A DNA stretch of 64,000 bases, from assembly GCA_964432675.1 (NCBI GenBank), contig CAYSOG010000003.1:14368-78367 (forward strand). Reading direction: 5' to 3'. Position 1 is the stretch's first letter, and the number at the start of each line of letters is the position of its first letter. A program made the translations under genes and the position numbers. Shown here piece by piece: positions 37,933-47,283 of this stretch. Source of the stretch: an uncultured Gammaproteobacteria bacterium (GTDB lineage: Bacteria; Patescibacteriota; Microgenomatia; CAYSOG01). Below the pieces are notes generated by a model. The model worked only from the letters and a program-made list of their open reading frames with translations. It did not search any database and was not told the DNA's origin.

Positions 37933-37959
37933 CTTCGTGAGGTAGTCCAAGTTAATTTG

Positions 37960-38030
37960 CACCGGAAACATTTGATCGATCCACGCTTTGGACCATCAAT
38001 AACATTCCGGTGCTTTTTTATGCAATTTTT
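37960..38030 (+). terminator. terminator after the miniprotein array (CACCGGAA...TTCCGGTG stem plus CTTTTTTATGCAATTTTTT)
   Basis: Stem arms 37960-37967 and 38005-38012, followed by a T-rich tract on the + strand. Confidence 0.45.
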
Positions 38031-39331
38031 TCGGCGAGGAATTGGGAGATTTCTTTAATTTGGACACGGTCTTGTTTGGCAGTGTCGCGGTTGCGGATGG
38101 TGACAGTATCATCGTCAAGCGTTTGGAAGTCGACAGTAATACAGTAAGGCGTGCCAGCTTCGTCTTGGGCAGCATAGCGTTTGCCAATGTTGCCGCGGTC
38201 GTCCCAAGCGGTCATGTACTTAGGCTTTAAGGTATCGTAAATAGCCTTGGCTTTCGATACTAAATCGTCTTTATTGGCTAATAGCGGAAAGACTGCAACT
38301 TTATAAGGCGCCAGTCGAGGATCCAACTTTAAGACAACGCGGTCATCTTGAACTGTGTAGGCATCTAGCAGCAAAAAGAGAATAGAACGGTCAACCCCAG
38401 CCGAGGTTTCAATATCAAAAGGAATGTACGCTTCGTTTGTAACTGGATCGTGGTAATGCATATCGACGCCCGAATATTGTTCATGACGCGTTAGATCCCA
38501 ATCCCCACGGTGGTGGATACCCATAAATTCCTGCCAACCCCACGGAGCATTGTATTCAATATCAGTAGCAGCTTTAGCATAATGGGCACGTTCCTTTTCT
38601 TCATGGTCGCGAAAACGTAAGTTTTCTTTCTTCATACCAAGTGACAAATACCAATCCATACGATTCTTTTTCCAGTACTCAAACCACTTTGCATCATCTT
38701 TTCCATCTGGTTTTATATAAAACTGGACTTCCATCTGCTCAAATTCTCTTGAACGAAATATAAAATTACCTGGTGTAATTTCATTGCGAAATGCCTTGCC
38801 GATTTGGGCAATACCAAAGGGAATTTTAACTCGTGTGGAATCTAAAACATTCTTAAAGTTAACGTGCACACCATTCGTGATTTCACCACGGAGGTAAAGT
38901 TCGGATTGTTTCCCTTCAACAACACCAAGATAGGCTTTGACAAGGAGATTAAACGTTTGCGGCTCTGTCCACTCAACTTTTTGGCCTTTATGTAATTCCT
39001 CGTGGGCCTTAATTTCTTCCAGTTTGTCCGCCCGAAAGCGCTGGTGGCAAACTTTACATTCAACGAGTGGATCAGTGAACGCTTCAACGTGTCCTGAAGC
39101 TTCCCAAGCCTTAGGGTTCATCATGATTGCCGCATCAATACCAACAATATCATCACGCAGCTGCACCGTGTTATACCACCATAAGTCTTTGAGATTTTTT
39201 TTCAGGAGCGATCCAAGCGGACCATAATCCCAAGTACCAGCCAAGCCGCCATAAATTTCAGAACCTGGAAAAATAAATCCCCGCCGTTTACAAAGGGCAA
39301 CAACATCTTCTAATTTTGCGTTTGTACTCAT
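38018..39331 (-). CDS. glyQS: glycine--tRNA ligase (alpha2 dimeric type)
   Basis: Class-II motifs; 437 aa; typical GlyQS N-terminus (RGFIFPGSEIYGGLAGTWDYGPLG). Confidence 0.9.
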   Translation of the reverse strand: MSTNAKLEDVVALCKRRGFIFPGSEIYGGLAGTWDYGPLGSLLKKNLKDLWWYNTVQLRDDIVGIDAAIMMNPKAWEASGHVEAFTDPLVECKVCHQRFRADKLEEIKAHEELHKGQKVEWTEPQTFNLLVKAYLGVVEGKQSELYLRGEITNGVHVNFKNVLDSTRVKIPFGIAQIGKAFRNEITPGNFIFRSREFEQMEVQFYIKPDGKDDAKWFEYWKKNRMDWYLSLGMKKENLRFRDHEEKERAHYAKAATDIEYNAPWGWQEFMGIHHRGDWDLTRHEQYSGVDMHYHDPVTNEAYIPFDIETSAGVDRSILFLLLDAYTVQDDRVVLKLDPRLAPYKVAVFPLLANKDDLVSKAKAIYDTLKPKYMTAWDDRGNIGKRYAAQDEAGTPYCITVDFQTLDDDTVTIRNRDTAKQDRVQIKEISQFLAEKIA

Positions 39332-39990
39332 GGTATTTGTTTTAAGTATTCTTGCATTTTCTTTCGAATGATTGGACTTTTAAATTCCCTTTCGGCGATA
39401 TATTCTAGACGTTTGCGTGTTAGTCGGCCAAGCGATAAAACTGTTTCATCATCGGGTTGGTGCAAGGCAATATCCTTAAGTGATTGTAACCTAATTTTTC
39501 TTACCAGATCAAGCAGTTTTTGGTTTTCCTTCGGCAAGGCAGTGTCGTTCCAAAAACCCAAAGCCTGCAATAACTTGACCTCAAAGGCATGAATAAGAAT
39601 TCGTTTTGGCAACAGTGCTAACTGTGTCAGGGCTTCAAGAAGTAGGTAGTAAATATCAATATGAACCTGCTCCTCAACGGTTAAATCATTAACGATTTCT
39701 AAAATATAGTACGCGTACACAACCGTAGAAAGGTTTTCTTTGATCGCTAAAAACGAATTTATGACATCAGCCTCGGTAATTAAGGTAAATGATCGCCCAG
39801 AGACGATCCGTAATCGAACATAATTCGCTAAATCAATATTACCGCTTCGTCTTGACTTAATACGCCTAACTCCTTTGGCAATTGCCGTCAATTTTCCGTA
39901 TTGTTTAGTAAAAAGCGTCACAAGACGGTCGGCCTCACCATAATTTTTCTGTGTTAATACAATGGCTTCAATAATCTGGGCTCTTGCCAT
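39328..39990 (-). CDS. recO: DNA repair protein RecO
   Basis: N-terminal OB-fold region (IVLTQKNYGEADRLVTLFTKQYGKL) and a RecO C-terminal helical domain. Confidence 0.8.
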   Translation of the reverse strand: MARAQIIEAIVLTQKNYGEADRLVTLFTKQYGKLTAIAKGVRRIKSRRSGNIDLANYVRLRIVSGRSFTLITEADVINSFLAIKENLSTVVYAYYILEIVNDLTVEEQVHIDIYYLLLEALTQLALLPKRILIHAFEVKLLQALGFWNDTALPKENQKLLDLVRKIRLQSLKDIALHQPDDETVLSLGRLTRKRLEYIAEREFKSPIIRKKMQEYLKQIP

Positions 39991-40227
39991 AGTGGTATTC
40001 TATCGCAGATCAATCTGGTATACCACTACCATAGCATCACCCTATAGCATTGACGATCATTGCGCGTTTTTGGTATACTCTTGTCACAATTTTGCCTGGG
40101 CTTATGAATAAAATCTGCCCGGCAAATGATATGTAAACGCACCTTTAAAAAGTGGAACAAGAAGAAGGTTTATGATCGATTAATGCCGCTTTTGTCCATG
40201 CAGGACCAAGAAATCCGAAGGAGAGCT

Positions 40228-40716
40228 ATGATGCCAAATAAGGCAAACCATGCAGCTTTTGCAGATTTGCGACTAATACATAGTGCCTGGAGCGCTGTTT
40301 CTCGCGTTTTCGATCGCGCACTTGAACCTACGGGTTTAAGTTTGCCGCAAGCATTAGCACTCATGGCTATTGCTGAAGCTAAGCCACCGCTTTTGATGAG
40401 CCGCTTAGGGAAGCTTCTGCACCAGCAACCACAAAGTATGACTACGCTCGTCGACAGGCTTGAGCGATCAGGTCTTGCACATCGAGTAACAGGTGTACTT
40501 CATGACCGACGGGCAATTACCATAGAGTTAACCGAAGAGGGTCATAACAAATTTCCTGAGATCCAAAAAGTATTCAGTACTACCGCTGCTGACATCGCTA
40601 ATGTGTACGGCAATACATTTTCAGCAGACATTCGTGCCATGTGTGACACTGTTTATGCTGCCTGCCAAAAAAGCTACCCTGAACTGCATCTACCAGATCA
40701 AGATCTAATGCAATAA
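40228..40716 (+). CDS. MarR-family transcriptional regulator
   Basis: ORF 40126..40716; the likely start is at 40228 (GGAGAG SD). Winged-HTH sequence LSLPQALALMAIAEAKPPLLMSRLGKLL...LVDRLERSGL. Confidence 0.75.
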   Translation: MMPNKANHAAFADLRLIHSAWSAVSRVFDRALEPTGLSLPQALALMAIAEAKPPLLMSRLGKLLHQQPQSMTTLVDRLERSGLAHRVTGVLHDRRAITIELTEEGHNKFPEIQKVFSTTAADIANVYGNTFSADIRAMCDTVYAACQKSYPELHLPDQDLMQ

Positions 40717-40857
40717 CAGTAGACGCAAGAGCGTAGTGCCAAACGTTTTTCTTTAAAAGGTCCCTCGCCCGTTGCAAATAATTATTGCAGCGGGCTTTTT
40801 TATGAGCATATTGGAAGGGAGTTATTTACTGGAAGACTTTGGGTACAATGGAGGTTA

Positions 40858-42762
40858 TCAAATTTTGGATGTCACAATTTGATCCTGTTTTAAGATAAAT
40901 GGCGCTTGTCGATTGCCAAAAAGATCTAGTTTCTGTTCCCAACCATCGGTACCAGGTTGTTTTTGTAACATCAACTGGTAAGTATCACCTTTTTTATATT
41001 TGATTGGAATTTCATATTTTAGTGTTAGCTGCGACTTGCCTTTCGTTCGTGTAAACATGAAGGCTTCGAACACCGTTTTACCAAATTCATCGTAGGTTGA
41101 TACCGTACCAACTGCTCCATTTGATGACACTAGCTTTGAGCCTTGCGGCACATAAATTCGAACAGCATCGCGATAATTCCTATCCAAAGTATCAGAATAC
41201 GATCCAGTATTTTGGTAATAAATATTCAGTGTATGCTCAACATTGCCATCCTTGGCAAAATCAACATTATCTTCGATCCGTTCGTTTATAAACATATTGG
41301 CCTTCCCGGAAGCAAAATTAGCGTCATTAATGTCACGATAATCACCATTGAAGACTTTTATCCTACCAGCCCAATTAAATGCCTCTATTGCCGACTGGGC
41401 TTGTTGATCATTTAGGGCAATCAAAATATGTTTCTCATTCAGTAAACTTATACCTGTGGTAACCAAGGGTTGCATTTTGTCTTTACCAGCACTCGTGATA
41501 AAATGCATGACCGAAGCCATAAGGTCTCCCAGAAGCGATTTCCGGTCTGGACTGCCCTTGAATACATTCTCGGCATAGCCTTCTAGTTCATTGACAACAT
41601 TATCTTGGGTGAATGTTGTGCTGTAACCAGGAACCTTAATTGGTCCGGTAACTGCCAGGAGGTTTTTAATAACGTAGGTATCAACACCAATAATGCCATC
41701 AATTTTTCGGCCACCGGCTATTGAATAAAATTTCTTAAATTCCAGTGTCGAAGCAACCCAGTCTGGATGGATGTTACTATCGCGGGAATCCCAAGCTGTT
41801 TTTCTCGCACCGGTTGCTTCGGGTAAATATTTAACTATTAAAGCTGGCGGGCGAAGTTCCGGACAAACTCTCGTTTGGCAAGCCTTATGGACCGTTTCAT
41901 CAAGATTGTAAATATCATTACTATCAGAAGCACTAATTTTCCCTTTATCAACTGTCATGTATGTATATGCAGTTAAAAAACCGCCAGAAGGCCGAAGTTC
42001 CTTATCATTTTGGAATAAGACCAAATACGTCTTGGGTGAATCTTCACCAAGAATGCTAGGCAAGACCTGGGCAATTGGCTTCGCTTGCGATAAAACACCG
42101 CTTAACGTGTCAACAAGTGATTTCGCGACTGCCAGATTATCACGAATACGAATACTCCTAATACTGGCAGGGTATCGGTTGGGGTCAACTTGATCAATAT
42201 CTTTCCGAATAGTGGTGAATTCAACTGCAATTTGATCCATCTTCGGGGTAATTTTTTGGATTGCAGCAACCGCCGTTTGGATACGTTCTTGGGCAGTTCC
42301 AGGGCCACCAACGTCTTTACCTTTCAAGCCCAGCACGTCGGCGTAGGGTGTTAATTCTGTTGCGGCAATATCAACAACGTTTAAGCCATGTATTCCAGCG
42401 TCAACAAAGTGGTTAGCATCTGAAACATATGCTCCAAAAAACGGTATTAGTCGAAACGGGGTAAATGGCAAAAGATCGCGCTTCATGTTATTTAAGTCTG
42501 ACCGTAAGGCCGTAGACGATGATTTTATTTGGTCGAGGTTTTGCGATTTTAAGGCTGCGGAAAATAATTTTGCCTGGCCCTGCGTAGCCTTGGCATCCTT
42601 TACAAGTAAGAACGTAGGAAGCACATACAGGACAAGCAAAATAATAACAATACGCTTGACCAATTTCTTGCGCTTACTTGGTGGAGACTTGGTCGATTTA
42701 TTCCTTGGCATAGCATTTTTTTGGTCAATTTCTGCCGGATGGTTTAGTCCATTGAGGTTCAT
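40858..42762 (-). CDS. DUF4012-domain envelope protein (N-terminal TM, large extracytoplasmic domain)
   Basis: ELRPSGGFLTAY motif typical of DUF4012; a single N-terminal TM after a basic tail. The likely start is the internal MNLNGL. Confidence 0.65.
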   Translation of the reverse strand: MNLNGLNHPAEIDQKNAMPRNKSTKSPPSKRKKLVKRIVIILLVLYVLPTFLLVKDAKATQGQAKLFSAALKSQNLDQIKSSSTALRSDLNNMKRDLLPFTPFRLIPFFGAYVSDANHFVDAGIHGLNVVDIAATELTPYADVLGLKGKDVGGPGTAQERIQTAVAAIQKITPKMDQIAVEFTTIRKDIDQVDPNRYPASIRSIRIRDNLAVAKSLVDTLSGVLSQAKPIAQVLPSILGEDSPKTYLVLFQNDKELRPSGGFLTAYTYMTVDKGKISASDSNDIYNLDETVHKACQTRVCPELRPPALIVKYLPEATGARKTAWDSRDSNIHPDWVASTLEFKKFYSIAGGRKIDGIIGVDTYVIKNLLAVTGPIKVPGYSTTFTQDNVVNELEGYAENVFKGSPDRKSLLGDLMASVMHFITSAGKDKMQPLVTTGISLLNEKHILIALNDQQAQSAIEAFNWAGRIKVFNGDYRDINDANFASGKANMFINERIEDNVDFAKDGNVEHTLNIYYQNTGSYSDTLDRNYRDAVRIYVPQGSKLVSSNGAVGTVSTYDEFGKTVFEAFMFTRTKGKSQLTLKYEIPIKYKKGDTYQLMLQKQPGTDGWEQKLDLFGNRQAPFILKQDQIVTSKI

Positions 42763-42971
42763 AATAGATCTGGTACTCTTTTTATCATAAACACAAAACA
42801 ATAAAAAATCCAGTCCACACACACAAGGTTTAAAAAAGGTTGCCTCACTGCTCGTGGTATACGACAAGCAAAGCGAATAACACAACACTACACGAAGCTT
42901 TTAGTATAACAGAAGATGTAAAGCCCTAACGTCAAACGATGTATTTACCAGGTATAACCCCCCAGCTGAGC

Positions 42972-43610
42972 TTAGATCGCACCTTTACCTGAAAGCAAGG
43001 CTGGAAAGGTTTTAAGAAGGATTTTGAGATCAAAGAAAAAAGAACATCTTCGGACATATTCAGCGTCTAATTCTATTCTTTTGTCAAAATTAATTTCCGA
43101 ACGTCCAGAAACCTGCCATAATCCAGTAATACCTGGTTTTACTTCCAGTAACAGCTTAACTAATGGCTGCGTCTGCGGATAAATTACTTGCTGCTCGCGT
43201 AATTCTTCTTGAAAGTAAGCGCGAGGGCCAATTAAGCTCATGTCACCCCGTAAAACGTTAAAAAATTGCGGAATTTCATCGAGGCTTGTTTTGCGCAAAA
43301 ATCTTCCCAATGGCGTTACCCTCGGATCTCGAATAATTTTATAGCTGTTTTTTTTGTATTCTTCGTATAACTGCTTAAATGCAGGATCTGTTAAGAGCAT
43401 GTAATGGGCGTTTTTTACCATGGACCGAAACTTGTACATATGGAATAACTTCCCGTTTTTGCCAACTCTGGGGGGCATTTCAGCAAAAACTGGCCCTGGC
43501 GAAAGCAACTTAATGGCAATGATAATAAGGACAAAAAACGGAGATAAAACAACTATACCGAGAGCAGCACCGCAAACATCAAAAAAACGTTTTATATATT
43601 GGTATATCAT
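42972..43610 (-). CDS. polyprenyl-phosphate sugar-1-phosphate transferase (small bacterial sugar transferase / PGT, WbaP C-domain type)
   Basis: Conserved FKFRSM-like region (MYKFRSM), DEIPQFFNVLRGDMSLIGPR and a single re-entrant TM. Confidence 0.85.
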   Translation of the reverse strand: MIYQYIKRFFDVCGAALGIVVLSPFFVLIIIAIKLLSPGPVFAEMPPRVGKNGKLFHMYKFRSMVKNAHYMLLTDPAFKQLYEEYKKNSYKIIRDPRVTPLGRFLRKTSLDEIPQFFNVLRGDMSLIGPRAYFQEELREQQVIYPQTQPLVKLLLEVKPGITGLWQVSGRSEINFDKRIELDAEYVRRCSFFFDLKILLKTFPALLSGKGAI

Positions 43611-43656
43611 CCTACTAGGCTTTTCTCTGTAAAATGTCGGTTGTAATTATCATTGG

Positions 43657-44754
43657 TTATTTTGACACATGGTACTTTTCCTCAACGTACCGTTTGATTG
43701 CTTGCTGAAACTTTTCTTTGCTAAATTGCGAGGCAAGCATGCTGCAGTCATTTGGATCGTATTTGTCCCTATCAAATTTGCGTAACATAATCGTAAGGGA
43801 ACGGGCATCTTGCGCTGGAAAAAATTCACCGGTCTTGCCCGCAATAACTATTTCCAATACTCCCCCTTTACCAAATGCTATAACCGGCCGACCGCAGGCC
43901 GCAGCTTCTAATGCCGTCATGCCGAAGTCCTCATTCTGTGTCATCAGCAAGGCATCGCAATTTCTATAATACGTAACCAATGCTTTATCAGTCAATTCTT
44001 CTATGAAGGTTGTATCTGATTGTTGGGCAATTTTCTGCAAACGAGGCTTATCAGGCCCCTTGCCGATTATTACCAACGTTTTTCCCAATTTTTTGCAGGC
44101 CTCGATTGCAATGTCTACCCGCTTCCAAGCTACCAGGCGCGATACTACTAAGTAGTAGCCTGCTGCCTTTGGCTGCTTTGCTGGTGTGAATAATTTGGTA
44201 TCAACAAATGGATAAATAACATCGGCCTGGTGGCGGTAAATTTGCCGAATTTTTTTCGCGACATTTTGAGAATTTGCAACCCAGTAGGAAACGTTTTGCG
44301 AAGCTTGTAGATCATGCTGGCGAAGTACGGAAACTATCGGACCAGTTACAATCCTTTTGGCGAAGGCATGCTGTTCATGCTGTACATATTTGTCAAACTG
44401 CCACACAAACCGAGGTGGTGCGTGCATATACGTAATATGGATTGCCGTATCAGGCTTCGTTATTGTATGGGCAAACCTCGTAGACGAGGATAAAATAATA
44501 TCATAACCGTTTAGTGGCATATTTTGGAATGCTGCCGGGTAAAATGGCAAGTATACCCGACGCATCCGGCTTACGGCAGGAAGGTAGCGCAAATACGACT
44601 GGTTAATTGGGTTCTTAATTCTGGTCTGAATAATCGCCGGATCACTAACAGAAGTATAAATGGGCGCCGTAGGCCAAATTTGGGCTATCGCCGCAACAAC
44701 CCGCTCAGCACCGCCCCACTGCAAAAAATCATCGTGGATTAAAGCTAGTTTCAT
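43657..44754 (-). CDS. glycosyltransferase family 4
   Basis: GT-B fold and the EX7E region (FGMTALEAAACGRPVIA). ORF to 44817; the likely start is ATG at 44754 (MKLALIHDD). Confidence 0.8.
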   Translation of the reverse strand: MKLALIHDDFLQWGGAERVVAAIAQIWPTAPIYTSVSDPAIIQTRIKNPINQSYLRYLPAVSRMRRVYLPFYPAAFQNMPLNGYDIILSSSTRFAHTITKPDTAIHITYMHAPPRFVWQFDKYVQHEQHAFAKRIVTGPIVSVLRQHDLQASQNVSYWVANSQNVAKKIRQIYRHQADVIYPFVDTKLFTPAKQPKAAGYYLVVSRLVAWKRVDIAIEACKKLGKTLVIIGKGPDKPRLQKIAQQSDTTFIEELTDKALVTYYRNCDALLMTQNEDFGMTALEAAACGRPVIAFGKGGVLEIVIAGKTGEFFPAQDARSLTIMLRKFDRDKYDPNDCSMLASQFSKEKFQQAIKRYVEEKYHVSK

Positions 44755-44853
44755 GTGAAGCACATTGTAGCAGAACCTACCTTGGTGTGCTATACTCTCT
44801 CCTGAAAGCTCACCCATTGTGGGTAGGATTGCACCTTAATGTAAGGAGAAAAT

Positions 44854-45915
44854 ATGCCAACGCTACCACCGCAGGTTGTGCAATTTCCGCGCATACCAAA
44901 CACCGACTTGTCGGTTTCGGAATATTTGGCAGAGCGAAAATTCAGCCTCGTTGGAAGAGGGAAAGTCCGGGATACCTACGCATTTCCATCAACTGAAGGA
45001 TTTAACAATAATGACAAACTCTTAGTTGTAGCATCGGACCGTATCAGTATCTTTGACAATGTGCTCGCAGCGCTTATACCATTAAAGGGAGAATGTCTTA
45101 CTGCCCTCACGCATTTTTGGCTTACGAGTGTCGTGGATGGATGGCCAAACCATCTTTTGCCATCAAGTATTTTTCCGCGTTATAACGCAGCATTTGACTT
45201 GTATAACCACGCCCAACCACTTTTCCCTTTAACAAGAAGTTTGGTAGTCGAACGGTGCGAAATGCAGCCGTTCGAGCTAATCTTTCGCATGCATCTTGGC
45301 GGCTCGGTGTGGTCTGACTACGAAAATTCCGGCGTCATTGCAGGCCAGCATCTACCGTCAGGCTATAAAAAATGGCAGAAGGTGGAGCGACCACTATATA
45401 CACCCTCAACTAAAGCAGCCGAGGGACATGATGTCAATATCATCCAGCAGCAATATTTTGATGCAACAGGTGAAATCGGCGTAAAAACGGTTGAGATGCT
45501 CACTGCCATTTACGAGCAGGCTTATGAGTATGCAAAGACGCGAGGTTATCTCATTCTCGATACAAAGTTTGAGGTTGGCATGTCCGCTGCCGGCATTTTG
45601 ACGATCGCAGACGAGGTACTAACACCCGATTCTTCCCGTTTTTCCCCCATTGACGGGTTTGAAAGAGCGATTGCACTGGGAAGCGAACCTCCTTCCTTTG
45701 ACAAGGAAGAAGTCAGAAAGTGGGGAAGGACAAAAGGTATCAACCAGCTTGACCCGGAAAAACCGGAAGATCTTATGAAAGTTGAAAATATACCTGTGCC
45801 TGATGATATAATTGAACAGACAACCAGGCGTTACCGGACACTTACCGAGGATCTCATGGGAATGCCGCTTGAGGTGTATCAACAGCAGTCGATGGGACTA
45901 CACCCTAATTCTTAA
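44854..45915 (+). CDS. purC: phosphoribosylaminoimidazole-succinocarboxamide (SAICAR) synthase, long type
   Basis: GKVRDTY, VASDRISIFD, LILDTKFEVG and ADEVLTPDSSRF match the PurC motifs. Confidence 0.75.
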   Translation: MPTLPPQVVQFPRIPNTDLSVSEYLAERKFSLVGRGKVRDTYAFPSTEGFNNNDKLLVVASDRISIFDNVLAALIPLKGECLTALTHFWLTSVVDGWPNHLLPSSIFPRYNAAFDLYNHAQPLFPLTRSLVVERCEMQPFELIFRMHLGGSVWSDYENSGVIAGQHLPSGYKKWQKVERPLYTPSTKAAEGHDVNIIQQQYFDATGEIGVKTVEMLTAIYEQAYEYAKTRGYLILDTKFEVGMSAAGILTIADEVLTPDSSRFSPIDGFERAIALGSEPPSFDKEEVRKWGRTKGINQLDPEKPEDLMKVENIPVPDDIIEQTTRRYRTLTEDLMGMPLEVYQQQSMGLHPNS

Positions 45916-45928
45916 GTCAGTATCGTTT

Positions 45929-45958
45929 ACCGAGGGATAATAGCTATCCCTCGGTTTT
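45929..45958 (+). terminator. rho-independent terminator after purC (ACCGAGGGATA-loop-TATCCCTCGG plus TTTTTC)
   Basis: Perfect 10-bp stem with a T-tract. Confidence 0.6.
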
Positions 45959-45983
45959 TCAAAACCTAAATTGTCTATTCTCG

Positions 45984-47129
45984 TCATATCACCTTGTTAT
46001 AGACTTTTAACGTTTCCTCAGTAAGCTTTTTCCAAGAATATTTTTTAACCTGCTCGTAACCTTTTTGGATAAGTGTTAATCGAAGCGCTTCGTCCTCTAA
46101 TACCTCCTTCAAGACATCATACATTTCTTTTTCATCTGTTGGGTTAAAATAGGCTGAGGCATCACCACAGACTTCTGGCAAAGATCCGGCATTCGAAACC
46201 ACTGTTGGTGTACCACAAGCCATGGCTTCCAAAGGCGGTATACCAAAACCCTCTGTTAGTGAAGGAAAAACAAAACAAGCGGCTCCCTTAAAAAGCGGAA
46301 TAAGGTCTTCATCAGGCACAAAACCAGTCCAAACTATCGACTTTCCATTTGCCATTACCTCATTTTCCATTTTTAAACGTTTCATGAAGTAGTCATCTTT
46401 GCCGACAAGAACAAGCTGGATATTGCCTGACAGATCAGACTGTAATTTATGAAACACACGAATGAAGCGCTCAATATTTTTGTGGGGATGGACGTTGCCT
46501 ATATATAAAAGGTATTGCTTTGAGATACCGTGAGACTTTTTCACTCTTGCAATATTTGGGTCATCGACTAAAACCCGCGCACTTTGTTTCACAAATTCTT
46601 CTGCAATCGCTTCGTGGATGACTGAAATTTTCTTTTCCTTAATCGAAGGATAATCACGCAAAATATCCTGCTTGGTAAAATTTGAGACAGCAATGATGTG
46701 TTTTGCACGCATCAGTGATAACCGTAAACTGATATGATAGCCAATTCGTTTAATTTTCCAGAGATACAGTGGCAATGTTGTTGACCTAATAGACGGGAAA
46801 TGAGTAATGGTTAGATCATGAATAGTAACAATAAACGGCCGGGTATAAAATATTGGCACATTGAAATGTGGCACGTGTAATAGGTCTAACTTCGCGTCTA
46901 AAAATATTTTGAGAAGGATAGTTTGTTCACGGAGTGTATACCAGCGGACTTCGGCAAGCACTTTTTTGAAATTGGAATTTGGCAATTGGAATTTTGTATA
47001 ATCTTTTTCCCGCAAAAATATTATATACTCATTTTCATTGTCGATTTTAGCAAGCTCAGCAATCAAATTCCGCAGATATCGTCCATGGCCTTGCTCTGAA
47101 TAAAACCGCGCATCCACCCCAATTCTCAT
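45984..47129 (-). CDS. glycosyltransferase family 4
   Basis: GT-B C-terminal domain with FVFPSLTEGFGIPPLEAMACGTPTV. Confidence 0.8.
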   Translation of the reverse strand: MRIGVDARFYSEQGHGRYLRNLIAELAKIDNENEYIIFLREKDYTKFQLPNSNFKKVLAEVRWYTLREQTILLKIFLDAKLDLLHVPHFNVPIFYTRPFIVTIHDLTITHFPSIRSTTLPLYLWKIKRIGYHISLRLSLMRAKHIIAVSNFTKQDILRDYPSIKEKKISVIHEAIAEEFVKQSARVLVDDPNIARVKKSHGISKQYLLYIGNVHPHKNIERFIRVFHKLQSDLSGNIQLVLVGKDDYFMKRLKMENEVMANGKSIVWTGFVPDEDLIPLFKGAACFVFPSLTEGFGIPPLEAMACGTPTVVSNAGSLPEVCGDASAYFNPTDEKEMYDVLKEVLEDEALRLTLIQKGYEQVKKYSWKKLTEETLKVYNKVI

Positions 47130-47141
47130 GGTTTTTATTAT

Positions 47142-47228
47142 ACGATAGTAACGAGTGTAACCGCGAGTATACGATAGTAACGAGTGTAACCGCGAGTATA
47201 CGATAGTAACGAGTGTAACCGCGAGTAT
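47142..47228. repeat. perfect tandem repeat, 3 x 29 bp (ACGATAGTAACGAGTGTAACCGCGAGTAT), no spacers
   Basis: Copies at 47142-47170, 47171-47199 and 47200-47228. Located between the GT4 start (47129) and the glmS stop (47284). Confidence 0.9.
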
Positions 47229-47283
47229 ACTGGATGTCTGGATGACAATCAGAAGACCATTATTATATTTATCGCTATCTGGG

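Noticed and set aside
47142-47228. Possible CRISPR array (regular 29-bp repeats)
   Set aside because: The three units are directly adjacent with no intervening spacers. CRISPR arrays need unique spacers of about 30-40 bp between repeats, and no cas genes are nearby. It is called a tandem repeat instead.
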